Of a stretch of DNA of 54,827 bases, positions 34,608-44,216 are shown piece by piece. Below the pieces are notes generated by a model. That model was not told the origin of the DNA and did no database searches. It saw nothing but the letters and a program-made list of their open reading frames with translations. The DNA lies in the NCBI GenBank assembly GCA_026396195.1, contig JAPLXH010000001.1, forward strand, positions 1 through 54,827. Direction: 5' to 3'. The position numbers were made by a program, and so were the translations under genes. The DNA comes from Candidatus Nealsonbacteria bacterium (GTDB lineage Bacteria; Patescibacteriota; Minisyncoccia; Minisyncoccales; JAGGXC01). Numbering within the stretch: the first letter of the stretch is position 1; every line of letters starts with the position of its first letter.

Positions 34608-35391
34608 ATTTTATTGTTTTTTTCATAATAAATACCGCCTTGAACCCGTATTTTCTTAAAAAAGGAATCGAAAGTAATGCCCTGTCAATTACTTCTAAAA
34701 TTTTTAAAATTATTTTACCACCGGGAATCTCGAGAAAAGGAATGGCTAAAAAAGAAACGATGTGGAAATGCCAAGCCTTAATTTCTCCAAAATATTTTTT
34801 CGCAAGTTTTAAACTGTTTAAGTTAAAAATGTGCCCCTCAGCCCACTCCGTTCTTTTACCAGTCGCCTTATTAAGCTTCCTTTTTAGGTTGGCCACGGGA
34901 TTATGGCCGAATGTTTCAATGCCGATCAAAATTCCGCCCGACTTTAAGACTCTGGCAATTTCAGTATAAACCTTTTCTATATCCAAAGAAGAAAAACTTC
35001 CTCCGTCAAAAACAACGTCAAAACTATTTCCCGCAAATTCCAATTTTTCGCAATCCATTGCCAAAAATTCAATTTTTCCTTCCATCCCCTCTCTTTTTGC
35101 CTTTTCTCTGGCAATTTTCAAGGATTTCTCAGATAAATCAATAGCAATAACTTTTTCGGCTCCCGTTCTCGCCAAAAAAACTGTATGGACGCCATTTCCG
35201 CAACCGTAATCTAAAACTTTTTTTCCTTTGCAATTTTCTTCCAATAATTTATAGCAAAAAGAAAAACTGCTTAAATCATTGGGTTTAAACCCTTCGAAAT
35301 CTCCTTCGGTTCCGACTAAATAACCTTTTTTCATTAGCTCTTCCGCCTTTTCGTCGTAATGTTCAATTTCTTTCTGTTTTCTGTATTCCAT
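34600..35391 (-). CDS. class I SAM-dependent methyltransferase
   Basis: Motif I VLDYGCGNG and the post-I AIDLS. Confidence 0.8.
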   Translation of the reverse strand: MEYRKQKEIEHYDEKAEELMKKGYLVGTEGDFEGFKPNDLSSFSFCYKLLEENCKGKKVLDYGCGNGVHTVFLARTGAEKVIAIDLSEKSLKIAREKAKREGMEGKIEFLAMDCEKLEFAGNSFDVVFDGGSFSSLDIEKVYTEIARVLKSGGILIGIETFGHNPVANLKRKLNKATGKRTEWAEGHIFNLNSLKLAKKYFGEIKAWHFHIVSFLAIPFLEIPGGKIILKILEVIDRALLSIPFLRKYGFKAVFIMKKTIKYV

Positions 35392-35401
35392 ACGTTTTAT
35401 C

Positions 35402-36400
35402 TTATAATATTTTTAATAACCCCAAAATAGATCCTGCGCCGTAGCCGAAGTGGCGACAAAAAAAGGCGGCCGGCAAAAAAAACAAAAACCTGATATCTTT
35501 TCTAACGAACTTTAAGGAAAATAAAATTATAGAAAAAAAATAAAATAAAAAAGAAAACAAAAATATATAAAAAAATATCCTGGAAAATAAAGAAAGAACC
35601 AGCAAAAAAAACAGCCCGGAAATAAAAACCAAGGGAATTAAATGCCTAAAAGAAAATATATTTATTCCGAATTTCAAAGGATAAGTAGTCCAAATTCCAT
35701 CATTAAAATTATGCTTCAAAAAATTTTTAAGAATCGACTGGGGATAATAATCGGCGATGATTTCAGGAACCAGCATTATTTTCCCGCCATATTTCTTTAG
35801 CCTTCTATTAAACTCAATGTCCTGACTTCTAACTAATCTCTCGTCGAACAGCCCAATCTTATCGAAAATTTCTTTTTTAAAACATCCTCCGAATACCGTA
35901 TCTACTTCTCTCGGCTTTTTTGATCCCAGTCTGAAATAAGAACCTCCCGCTCCGAAAAAAGAAGACAAAGAAATGGCGATTGACTTTGCGGCCACGGTAT
36001 CGTCCTCGGGAATAGTGTTTATTATTCCGCCGACATTATCAGCATTGTATTCTTTCAAATATTTTACGCACTTCGAAATATAGTCTTTTCTGTATCTAGC
36101 GTGAGCATCAACCCTCAAAATAATTTCCCCTTTTGCCGCTTTAATCCCCATGTTCAATCCAAAAGGAGTAAATTTTTTGGGATTTTCTAATAATTTAATA
36201 AACGAATATTTTTTTGAATAATCCAAAATAATATTCTTTGTTTCATCTTCAGACGATCCATCTATAACCAAAATTTCAATTTTATCTTTGGGATAGTCAT
36301 TGTTAATTATGGAATCCAAGCATCTGCCAATAAATTTCTCTTCATTCCGACAGGGTATTATTATTGAAATACAAAACAAATCCTCTATTTTTTTTATCAT
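35402..36400 (-). CDS. glycosyltransferase family 2 with C-terminal TM segments
   Basis: SIIIPCRNEE...IDGSSED...RVDAH (DxD-type GT-A). Confidence 0.8.
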   Translation of the reverse strand: MIKKIEDLFCISIIIPCRNEEKFIGRCLDSIINNDYPKDKIEILVIDGSSEDETKNIILDYSKKYSFIKLLENPKKFTPFGLNMGIKAAKGEIILRVDAHARYRKDYISKCVKYLKEYNADNVGGIINTIPEDDTVAAKSIAISLSSFFGAGGSYFRLGSKKPREVDTVFGGCFKKEIFDKIGLFDERLVRSQDIEFNRRLKKYGGKIMLVPEIIADYYPQSILKNFLKHNFNDGIWTTYPLKFGINIFSFRHLIPLVFISGLFFLLVLSLFSRIFFYIFLFSFLFYFFSIILFSLKFVRKDIRFLFFLPAAFFCRHFGYGAGSILGLLKIL

Positions 36401-36404
36401 TAGA

Positions 36405-37280
36405 TTATTTATTAATAAAAGAAATCAAAAATTCAAAAAATTTTAAAAACGGCGAGATTACGACATACCCTATCCACCCACTAAATTTTAAAGAAGGATT
36501 AAAAAATACTGAAAGCCCAAATAATATAACTATAGAAAATAAAACAGTAAAAGGGACGAACCGTTTCTTGTTTTCAAAAATTCTAAATCCCTCCCATAAA
36601 TAAATTTCTTCGAACAGCATGATTATTGTTTTGAAAACCCCCAATATATTAGTTAAACGTAAAGCTTTTGATTTACCATATTTTCTATTTTTGATATACA
36701 TGCCCATTTCAATAAAACTGCGGTTTTTCTTAATTAATTTAACAAGAATTTCTGCTTGAAAGGCAAAACTTTTTGATTTTATTAAAACGGACTTAATAAT
36801 TTCCCTTTTATGAACTACCGGCCCGTTGTAGTATTTCAGTTTTAATCCGAACAAAAAATTCATTACCGCAGTAAAAGAAAAAGAAATTACTCTTCTTGAC
36901 AAAGACCTGACCCGATAATTTACTGTATAAGGAATGATAATTTCCGCTTTGCCAACCAAGCTGAATATTTCAGATATTGATTCCGGTAAAATTTCGTCGT
37001 CCCCCGGAATAATGGCTATGTAGTCGTTGTTAGCCAGCTCTACGCCTTTTTTATAATTATAAGCGAACCCCTCATTTTTTTTGTTATGAATAACTTTAAT
37101 TCGACCATTCAACCGCGCTAATTTTTCAACGATATTGCCCGTATTGTCTTGGCTACAGTCATTAAATATTAATATTTCGTAGTCGGTAAACTTGCCTTTT
37201 ATCGCTTTTATCACGTTCTCAACGGTCGATTCAATATTTTTTTCCTCATTATAAGCCGGAATGATAACGGATATGGTCAT
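36405..37280 (-). CDS. glycosyltransferase family 2 with C-terminal TM segments
   Basis: SVIIPAYNEEKNI...FNDCSQDNT...IPGDDE. Confidence 0.8.
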   Translation of the reverse strand: MTISVIIPAYNEEKNIESTVENVIKAIKGKFTDYEILIFNDCSQDNTGNIVEKLARLNGRIKVIHNKKNEGFAYNYKKGVELANNDYIAIIPGDDEILPESISEIFSLVGKAEIIIPYTVNYRVRSLSRRVISFSFTAVMNFLFGLKLKYYNGPVVHKREIIKSVLIKSKSFAFQAEILVKLIKKNRSFIEMGMYIKNRKYGKSKALRLTNILGVFKTIIMLFEEIYLWEGFRIFENKKRFVPFTVLFSIVILFGLSVFFNPSLKFSGWIGYVVISPFLKFFEFLISFINK

Positions 37281-37309
37281 AATATTTTATAAAATCGAAA
37301 TTAATAAAA

Positions 37310-37816
37310 TTAAACTCTTATATATGCCGCTTTTTCATCAAGTATCCATTTCTGGACTAACTCAAGAAAGGATTCCTCGGCGGAATAAGGGTCATAAACT
37401 TTCAAATTAATAAATTTCATTAAAGCAATATCATCTTGACCGCAACAATGTGATTTCCCAAGGAATTTAAAATAATCATTAGCCCCCGTTCCGATAAATT
37501 TCACGTTAAGGTCATGAAGAACAATATCATTTCTAATCTGTTCAATTGACCTAAAAACCAAAAAATTTACTATTGTATATACAATGGGCTTTAAACCGCT
37601 CATAGCCATACCGGCTGCAATACCGACCATACCCTGTTCCATCATGCCACAATTAATAACGCGACCGGGAAATTCATTTCTTAATTTATCGATAGCGCCA
37701 AAACCCATGTCACCGACCAACAAATAATATCTTTGGTCTTTACGAAAATTCGGCAAAATATAGTTAATAATTTCTTTTCTGAAAATATCATTGTCCATAT
37801 TAAAATTCTGAGTCAT
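37310..37816 (-). CDS. transketolase-like Pyr-domain-only subunit (168 aa)
   Basis: NCGMMEQGMVGIAAGMAMSGLKPIV aligns with the C-terminal subunit at 32161-33093. It stops at the ...YIRV position and so lacks the C-terminal domain. Confidence 0.65.
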   Translation of the reverse strand: MTQNFNMDNDIFRKEIINYILPNFRKDQRYYLLVGDMGFGAIDKLRNEFPGRVINCGMMEQGMVGIAAGMAMSGLKPIVYTIVNFLVFRSIEQIRNDIVLHDLNVKFIGTGANDYFKFLGKSHCCGQDDIALMKFINLKVYDPYSAEESFLELVQKWILDEKAAYIRV

Positions 37817-38576
37817 AGGTTTTACCTTTTTTTAAATCTTCTTCATTGGGAATACGAAAATGAAATTTCGGCACATTTTCCATGCATTTCAAACCGAAGC
37901 CCTTTATTGTTTTTACTAAAATTACCCTAGGTACGTCCCCCGAAGAAACTTTAGCCGTTTTAATGCAATCAGCCAATTTAACAACATCATGGCCGGGACA
38001 GATAACCGGAGATAAACCAAAACCCGAAAGCTTTTTGGCTAAATCTTCCTCATCTCTATCCATAATATTTGTTAAAAAATCCATAGCCCCTAATCGGTTT
38101 TTATCAATAATCACGATAAGATTTTTTACATCATGCTTGACTCCGAACTGTAATGCCTCCCAGTTTGTTCCTTCTTCTAATTCTCCGTCTCCGACAATGC
38201 AAAACGTATAATAGGACTTTTTTTGCAACTGGGCACCAAAAGCAATGCCTACGGCAAGGGGCAACCCATGTCCTAAAGAACCGCATCCCGACTCAAGGCC
38301 GTATTCTAATCTTCTTTCCGCGCACCCGCATAATTTACTCTTTCCTTCTATATAAAAATTATCCCATTCTTCTTTCGGTATAATGCCCAAATCAACCAAA
38401 ATTGCATAAAGAGCATAAGCGCCATGCGCTTTGGAAAAAATTAACCTGTCTCTTTCTTCCCAAAGAGTATTTTTGGGATTATAAGAAAGGCATTGATAAT
38501 ATAAGGCAACAAGAATATCAACGCATGATAAAGAAGGCGCAATATGACCAGCGCCATTGGGAATGGCAACCCTCAA
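37800..38576 (-). CDS. transketolase-like TPP-binding subunit; true start uncertain
   Basis: GHIAPSLSCVDIL, SKAHGA and GSLGHGLPLAVGIA...GDGELEEG. Homology (KKANYIRDEI) extends upstream of the TTG at 38576, with no ATG in that frame. Confidence 0.7.
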   Translation of the reverse strand: MRVAIPNGAGHIAPSLSCVDILVALYYQCLSYNPKNTLWEERDRLIFSKAHGAYALYAILVDLGIIPKEEWDNFYIEGKSKLCGCAERRLEYGLESGCGSLGHGLPLAVGIAFGAQLQKKSYYTFCIVGDGELEEGTNWEALQFGVKHDVKNLIVIIDKNRLGAMDFLTNIMDRDEEDLAKKLSGFGLSPVICPGHDVVKLADCIKTAKVSSGDVPRVILVKTIKGFGLKCMENVPKFHFRIPNEEDLKKGKTYDSEF

Positions 38577-38636
38577 AATCTCATCCCTGATATAATTCGC
38601 TTTTTTTCTTAAGAATGTTTTTTTTTCTATTTCTTT
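38541..38636. repeat. direct repeat copy 1 (5' end and leader of the transketolase-like gene)
   Basis: By eye roughly 85-90% identical to 40114-40200, with two 3-nt indels. Confidence 0.75.
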
Positions 38637-40099
38637 TGTTTGTTTAATGAATTAACTTTTTCTTTTTCATATTTATTGATGTCAATCTTATTCTTCATAT
38701 ATTCCACCCAAGTTTCCCTCCGCCTTTTTGAAAGATATCCTCTTGGAACGCTCAATTTAATATTTTCCGCAGACCATCTAATATTTTTTGGATCATAGTC
38801 GGGGTATAGCAAATTTTCTTTTTTACATTGTCCGTAAAGAGGGGTGCCTGGTAAAGGATTTACAATAGATATTGAAATTCTATCAAAACCCATTTTTTTT
38901 GCGAGCTCAAATGTATTATCCATTTGCTCTTTAGTTTCTCCGGGAAATCCAACCATAAAAGAACCTTCGACTATCAAACCTTTGTTTTGTGCATCTTTGA
39001 CTACATCGGGAACTCTATAAAGCTTCACTCTTTTATCAATCAACTTCTCTTGGATAGTTTCGTTTGGACTTTCAACTGCCAGAAAAAGTTTTTTAAATCC
39101 TGCTTTGGCCATTAAGTCTATCATTTCACCATCAATGGCATTTACTTCTGAACCGCTCGGTATTTCAAACTCTATGTCTTTAAAGTTCTCTATTAAAAAT
39201 TTTAGAAGTGTTTTGGCTCTGTCCTTATTAACAAAGAAATTATCATCCCAAAAATGAATTTTTTCGATATTATACTTTTCTTTGTATAATTTTATTTCTT
39301 TTATAACATCGTCTGAATCTCTTTGCCTATATCTTCTTCCTCCCATCAGCTCAGAAGTGCAAAAATAACAATGGTGAGGACAACCTCTTGAAGTCATCAT
39401 TATCAAAAATCTTTTCTGTTCTTCTGGGTTTATCTCATAATCGCAGACACCGGCATTCCAATATTTTTCTAATTTGAAAATATCCCAGGCAGGATAAGGA
39501 AGTGTTTTGACATCCGGATAATCCTGTATTTTATTAATATATATTTCTTCTTTATCCTTTAAAACTATACCAGCCACGCTTATTAGGTCTTTGTTTCCGT
39601 TGATTCTTTTTATCAAATCAATCAACGAATTATCGCTTTCGCCTCTAAGGATAAAATCAACGTTCTTGTCTAAAATCATTTCAGGCATTCCTGAAGGGTG
39701 CTGCCCGCCTATTAACACATGCACATCAGGAATTATTTCTTTCGCAAGCTTACAAACATTAACTACTTCTTTACTGCGATTCGAAATAATACAACTGACG
39801 CCAATAAGGTCTGGATTACTTTCTAATATTCTTTCTTTTATTTCTTTATCATTCAATCCATAAATTATTGCATCTTCTACAACGCTTTCGTTGTAAAAAC
39901 CTTCAATTAAAATATCCAAAATCTCTACCTCAAATCCATGCTTCAGAAGTCCTGCTGCTAAATAGGCTAATCCAAGAGGAGGCACTGCCAACTTTCTTTC
40001 TCTTGATCCTTCCTTGGTAACTGTAATTTTTCCGGGAGGATTTACAAGCAATATTTTTTGTATTTTTTTCTTTAAATTTTTATTAGGGTATATGGGCAT
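38627..40099 (-). CDS. B12-binding domain radical SAM protein (class B type)
   Basis: N-terminal B12-binding-like Rossmann region (KILLVNPP...LIGGQHPS) and radical SAM cluster motif CPHHCYFC. Confidence 0.85.
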   Translation of the reverse strand: MPIYPNKNLKKKIQKILLVNPPGKITVTKEGSRERKLAVPPLGLAYLAAGLLKHGFEVEILDILIEGFYNESVVEDAIIYGLNDKEIKERILESNPDLIGVSCIISNRSKEVVNVCKLAKEIIPDVHVLIGGQHPSGMPEMILDKNVDFILRGESDNSLIDLIKRINGNKDLISVAGIVLKDKEEIYINKIQDYPDVKTLPYPAWDIFKLEKYWNAGVCDYEINPEEQKRFLIMMTSRGCPHHCYFCTSELMGGRRYRQRDSDDVIKEIKLYKEKYNIEKIHFWDDNFFVNKDRAKTLLKFLIENFKDIEFEIPSGSEVNAIDGEMIDLMAKAGFKKLFLAVESPNETIQEKLIDKRVKLYRVPDVVKDAQNKGLIVEGSFMVGFPGETKEQMDNTFELAKKMGFDRISISIVNPLPGTPLYGQCKKENLLYPDYDPKNIRWSAENIKLSVPRGYLSKRRRETWVEYMKNKIDINKYEKEKVNSLNKQKK

Positions 40100-40113
40100 G
40101 TGTTAATTCGCAT

Positions 40114-40200
40114 AATATGAGCGCCATTAGGAATAGCAACTCTCAAAATTTCATCCCCAATATAATTAGCTTTTTTTCTTAAAAATATTTCTTTTTCTTT
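40114..40200. repeat. direct repeat copy 2 (orphan fragment of the transketolase-like 5' end)
   Basis: Translates to ...KEIFLRKKANYIGDEILRVAIPNGAH and then diverges, just upstream of the rSAM ATG at 40099. Confidence 0.75.
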
Positions 40201-40213
40201 ATCAATTGGATAT

Positions 40214-41305
40214 TTAAATGAAATTTACATGTTCCGGTGGACTATTCAGTCTTTCCAGGTATCGATTGACTTCATCCATTCGGCAATTTTCTCTGCATTG
40301 ACTAATATCAAGTTTATTCCGAATAAATTTCCAGTGTTTTCTTCTCTTCTCGCTCTCCCAAATTTCTTTAAATGATTTTTTATTATAATTACCCAACCTA
40401 AACTCGCCATCTCCTAAAAAACTGCTACAACTGTAAACATCGCCGCTAGCCATAACATAGGCCCAAAAAAAAGGAACGGCATGACAAACTTTATAACCTC
40501 GACCTTCCTCCAATTTTTTCATTGTTTTTTCTCTGAAGATTACTTCAAATTTATCACTGTTTAATTTTTTTAATTCATCTTTTAAATAAAAATACTTTTT
40601 ATAAGAAATATTTTCATATTCCCTGGTAATGCTTTTTTTATGCTGAGAATAGGGTTTTATAATCAAGTAATCCAAACCGATTTCTTTCAGTTTTTTAGCC
40701 AAAATTACGGCTTCCCTATAATTGTCGGGCAATAGAAGCATCTGACCGCCCAAAGTACATTTGGATTTTTGTTTCTTTTTAATTCCAACCGCTTTTTTAA
40801 GATTATTTATGATAATATTAAAATCCTGGATTTTCGGTCTGTGAATTCTCATGTGAGTTTCCGGTTTACCGGCATCAATACTTACTTTTACCCAAGTCAA
40901 TAAAGGTAAAATATCTTTTAATAGGCTTTCTTTTAAAAAAGTTCCGTTAGTAGTAAAAGAAATATCAATTCCTAAAGATTTGGTATATTTAACTATTTCT
41001 TTTATTTTAGGATGAAGCAACGGTTCTCCTTCGCCGCCAAATTGAATGCTTTTTACGCCACCCCGAGCCATATCTCTGATTGCTTTTTTTAAATTATAGA
41101 AACTCGCAAATTGACTCTTGTTTCTTAAATAATCCACAGCACAAAATTTGCAACGGTGGTTGCAAAGTCCGGAAGTCGAAATTTCAACATAAATAGGATA
41201 TATTCTCTTAGCTCTTTCCCAATTATCTCGAATTTTTAACCAAGCTGCCAATCTTTCGGGATGAAATATGATTTTATGATAATCAATAGCATATTTGTCC
41301 TCCAT
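40214..41305 (-). CDS. radical SAM protein with a Cys-rich C-terminal region
   Basis: CNHRCKFC cluster motif near the N terminus. C-terminal cysteines (CHAV..., YSCSS, QCRENC) could bind an auxiliary cluster. Confidence 0.8.
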   Translation of the reverse strand: MEDKYAIDYHKIIFHPERLAAWLKIRDNWERAKRIYPIYVEISTSGLCNHRCKFCAVDYLRNKSQFASFYNLKKAIRDMARGGVKSIQFGGEGEPLLHPKIKEIVKYTKSLGIDISFTTNGTFLKESLLKDILPLLTWVKVSIDAGKPETHMRIHRPKIQDFNIIINNLKKAVGIKKKQKSKCTLGGQMLLLPDNYREAVILAKKLKEIGLDYLIIKPYSQHKKSITREYENISYKKYFYLKDELKKLNSDKFEVIFREKTMKKLEEGRGYKVCHAVPFFWAYVMASGDVYSCSSFLGDGEFRLGNYNKKSFKEIWESEKRRKHWKFIRNKLDISQCRENCRMDEVNRYLERLNSPPEHVNFI

Positions 41306-41309
41306 ATTT

Positions 41310-42635
41310 TTAAATACTTAAACTTTTTATTATTTCAGCCGCAGATACTAAATTGTCTACGTAAAAAATTCTCCCCGGATTAGACAGCTCTAGGGGTTTT
41401 ATTTGATCCAGTAAGTGATTGTTCTTCCCGTTTTTAAAAAAAATACCGATCCCGCCGGCATTTAAAGCCATTTTTAAATCATCGATTGAATCACCTATGG
41501 CAAAAATTTTTTTATAAGAGAAAAGGTCTTTTTTAGAATCAATGGCGGCTAATTTCAACATACCAATCTGTGGCTTTCTGGTTTCTGGAAAACTCTCTAA
41601 AACCCAGGAGCTATTTAAATCCAAGCCATTTTTTTCAGCCCAACTTTTTTCAACATAAGGAGAAAAATACCAACCGTCTACCATCGCCCCCTGATTTTTT
41701 AAAATAACATTAAGGGTATGATTAATTTCTTTCACTCTTTCTGGCCCATAAAAGCCGCGGGCAACGCCAATTTGATTGGTGTTCACGATAACATTGGCGA
41801 AACTGTTTAAAATCGTGATCGCTTCAACAACGCCATTATAAAATTTTATCTTATTTCTCCAGTTATCTTCCTTGCCAAAATAACCATCATCGTCATAAAT
41901 AATCGTGCCGTCTCTGTCTAGAGCCACTAAAATATTCTTCGCTGATTGCGGTTGATTATTATTTAAAAAATAACTATTCAAGCTTAAATTTTTTGAGGGT
42001 TCCTTATCCATATAATGATTAATTTTATTTTCTTTATTATGCTCATTATTAATCAAAAAATTATTTCTATGTTCTACGATAATTTCTAAAATGCAATCGC
42101 AAAGCAAAAGATGAAGCGACTCTACTTTATTAAAATGTTGGACTGGAGTATAAAAATTAAGATCGCCCAAATTACGCAAGCGATTTATTTCTTTAAAACC
42201 GGAAAAAGTAAAAACCAGACAGCCACGCCGACGCGCTGCTTCAACGGCTAAAATAATATTTTCTGAATTACCGGAACTGGAGATCGCAAATAAAATATCG
42301 CCTTTATCGGCGAACATCTCAATCTGTTTAACGAAAACATTTTGGTATCCAAAATCATTAGTAACGCAAGTTAAATTTACGTGATCAGAAAAAGAAATAC
42401 CCCTTATTTTTCCTGTAAACCAGTAATCAAGCGCTTTATGGCTTGACACAGCTGCCGATCCGCCATTGCCAATAAATATCATTTTATTCCCAAGCGAGTT
42501 TGCTTTCATTACCATTTCAGCGGATTTTATCAAAGCGTCGGATAAATTCAATTCTTTCCCGTCAATATCGGTTACTTTGGTCTGATTAAAAATCCTATGC
42601 AAATCATCTATATAATTAGAGACAATTTCACTCAT
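41310..42635 (-). CDS. fusion of a SIS-domain heptose isomerase (GmhA-like) and a HAD phosphatase (GmhB-like)
   Basis: N-terminal FIGNGGSAAVSSH (SIS domain) and C-terminal LVALDRDGTI (DxDGT HAD motif I) ... GDSIDD. Confidence 0.7.
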   Translation of the reverse strand: MSEIVSNYIDDLHRIFNQTKVTDIDGKELNLSDALIKSAEMVMKANSLGNKMIFIGNGGSAAVSSHKALDYWFTGKIRGISFSDHVNLTCVTNDFGYQNVFVKQIEMFADKGDILFAISSSGNSENIILAVEAARRRGCLVFTFSGFKEINRLRNLGDLNFYTPVQHFNKVESLHLLLCDCILEIIVEHRNNFLINNEHNKENKINHYMDKEPSKNLSLNSYFLNNNQPQSAKNILVALDRDGTIIYDDDGYFGKEDNWRNKIKFYNGVVEAITILNSFANVIVNTNQIGVARGFYGPERVKEINHTLNVILKNQGAMVDGWYFSPYVEKSWAEKNGLDLNSSWVLESFPETRKPQIGMLKLAAIDSKKDLFSYKKIFAIGDSIDDLKMALNAGGIGIFFKNGKNNHLLDQIKPLELSNPGRIFYVDNLVSAAEIIKSLSI

Positions 42636-42665
42636 GATAAAATTTATTAAGCTTTAAATTCTTAA

Positions 42666-44198
42666 TTATTTAAATAAAGTTTGAATAAACCTATAAACTT
42701 GATCGGGCATAACCGATGATTTATTTCCTACTACGGTTACCTTAATCGCACCTATTACATTACCGATAAAACTAACTATTTCCATCGGCGCACCTTTTGC
42801 TGCACAAGGCGAGCTTATTGCCAAAAAAGCATCCCCTGCTCCAACGCGGTCAACAACTCTTGTAGACAGAACAGGTACATTATAAGTCTTATTTGCTCCC
42901 TCAGAAGCAATTGATCCAAGATGACCGCGAGTAACTACCATTTTTTTTACATTAATCATTTTAAAAATTTGAGCGATCACCTCGGAAATATCACCGTCCT
43001 TTTGATGGGTAGCCAAACGAGCTTCAGGTTCATCGATGCAAACATAATCTGATCGCGAATATTTCGTTATTAAATTAAAACCCGTATTAGCACTGTTGGT
43101 CTGCGTATTGACAGCTAAAAATTTAGCTTTTTCGGTTAATGTTGCAATAATATTTTTATCAAAAAAACCATGACCGTAATCATTTACTATAACTAAATCG
43201 TACCGAGGCAAAATATTTATTAAATAATCAATAATTTGTTCAGAAATATTTACAGACAATTGCCTGTCGTCAAAATAATAAATTTCAAACATTTTATTAA
43301 AAAAAATCGGGTCTATAAATCTTTTCTTTACGATTGTTTGTCCCTCATCGTCATAAAAAAATTTAAAGGTAATATTTGGTTTTAATTTTAATTTAATAAA
43401 ATCTTCGTAGCTATTTTTTTTACCTAAAGTCGTTACTAAGTGAACATTGTCGCAAAATCCGGCGAGATGATTAGCGCAAGCCAAAACACCGCCGGCAAAA
43501 ATTTCATTATTTAAATATTTAGTGGCTATTAAATTATCTTTAGGAATTTTACCCATGCCTCTGCAGTAATGATATTCATCAATAATCGTTTCCCCGATGA
43601 GTAAAATTTTCATCTCGCGTAAACTTTTTAAAATATCAATTATTTCTTTGGCGCTGTATCTAGCGTTAAAATCTTTTAAAAAATTTTTAACTTCTTGCGG
43701 ATAAATATCGAAATAATTTTTTAAAAAATTGGAAGAGCTAAAAGTTGGCTCATAACTAAACTTAATTTCACCGCCAACCGACCTTACGGCCTGGGCTTCT
43801 TTATAAAGATTTCTATTCGGATCCTGCAGGGCAGATTTATATTCTTGATCTTTAAAATAAATATTGGGTTTTATTTTTTTTAACAATTCAATTGCCGAAA
43901 AATCATGATTAATTATTACGTAGTCAACGATTTGAATGTTTGCCAAAGACTTAGCCCGAACAGCGGCTGAAAAAATAGGACGGCCGGGTCCCTTATTGAC
44001 AAATTCATCCGCTGTTATGCTTATAATTAAAACATCTCCTTCTTTTTTAGCCGATTCAAAATGATAAAGATGGCCGGGATGGACTAATTCAAAAACACCG
44101 TGACATTGAACCACTTTTTTGCCTTCATTTTTTAGTTTAGCAACTATTTCAGCTAATTCGTCAATGTTTTTTATTTTTTGATTAATTAAATCGGACAT
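42666..44198 (-). CDS. bifunctional nucleotidyltransferase/PfkB sugar kinase (HldE-like, domains in reverse order)
   Basis: N-terminal GVFELVHPGHLYHFESAKKEGDVLIISITAD (HxGH cytidylyltransferase fold) and C-terminal VVDRVGAGDAF (PfkB signature). Confidence 0.7.
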   Translation of the reverse strand: MSDLINQKIKNIDELAEIVAKLKNEGKKVVQCHGVFELVHPGHLYHFESAKKEGDVLIISITADEFVNKGPGRPIFSAAVRAKSLANIQIVDYVIINHDFSAIELLKKIKPNIYFKDQEYKSALQDPNRNLYKEAQAVRSVGGEIKFSYEPTFSSSNFLKNYFDIYPQEVKNFLKDFNARYSAKEIIDILKSLREMKILLIGETIIDEYHYCRGMGKIPKDNLIATKYLNNEIFAGGVLACANHLAGFCDNVHLVTTLGKKNSYEDFIKLKLKPNITFKFFYDDEGQTIVKKRFIDPIFFNKMFEIYYFDDRQLSVNISEQIIDYLINILPRYDLVIVNDYGHGFFDKNIIATLTEKAKFLAVNTQTNSANTGFNLITKYSRSDYVCIDEPEARLATHQKDGDISEVIAQIFKMINVKKMVVTRGHLGSIASEGANKTYNVPVLSTRVVDRVGAGDAFLAISSPCAAKGAPMEIVSFIGNVIGAIKVTVVGNKSSVMPDQVYRFIQTLFK

Positions 44199-44216
44199 AA
44201 AAAAAATATTAAATTT

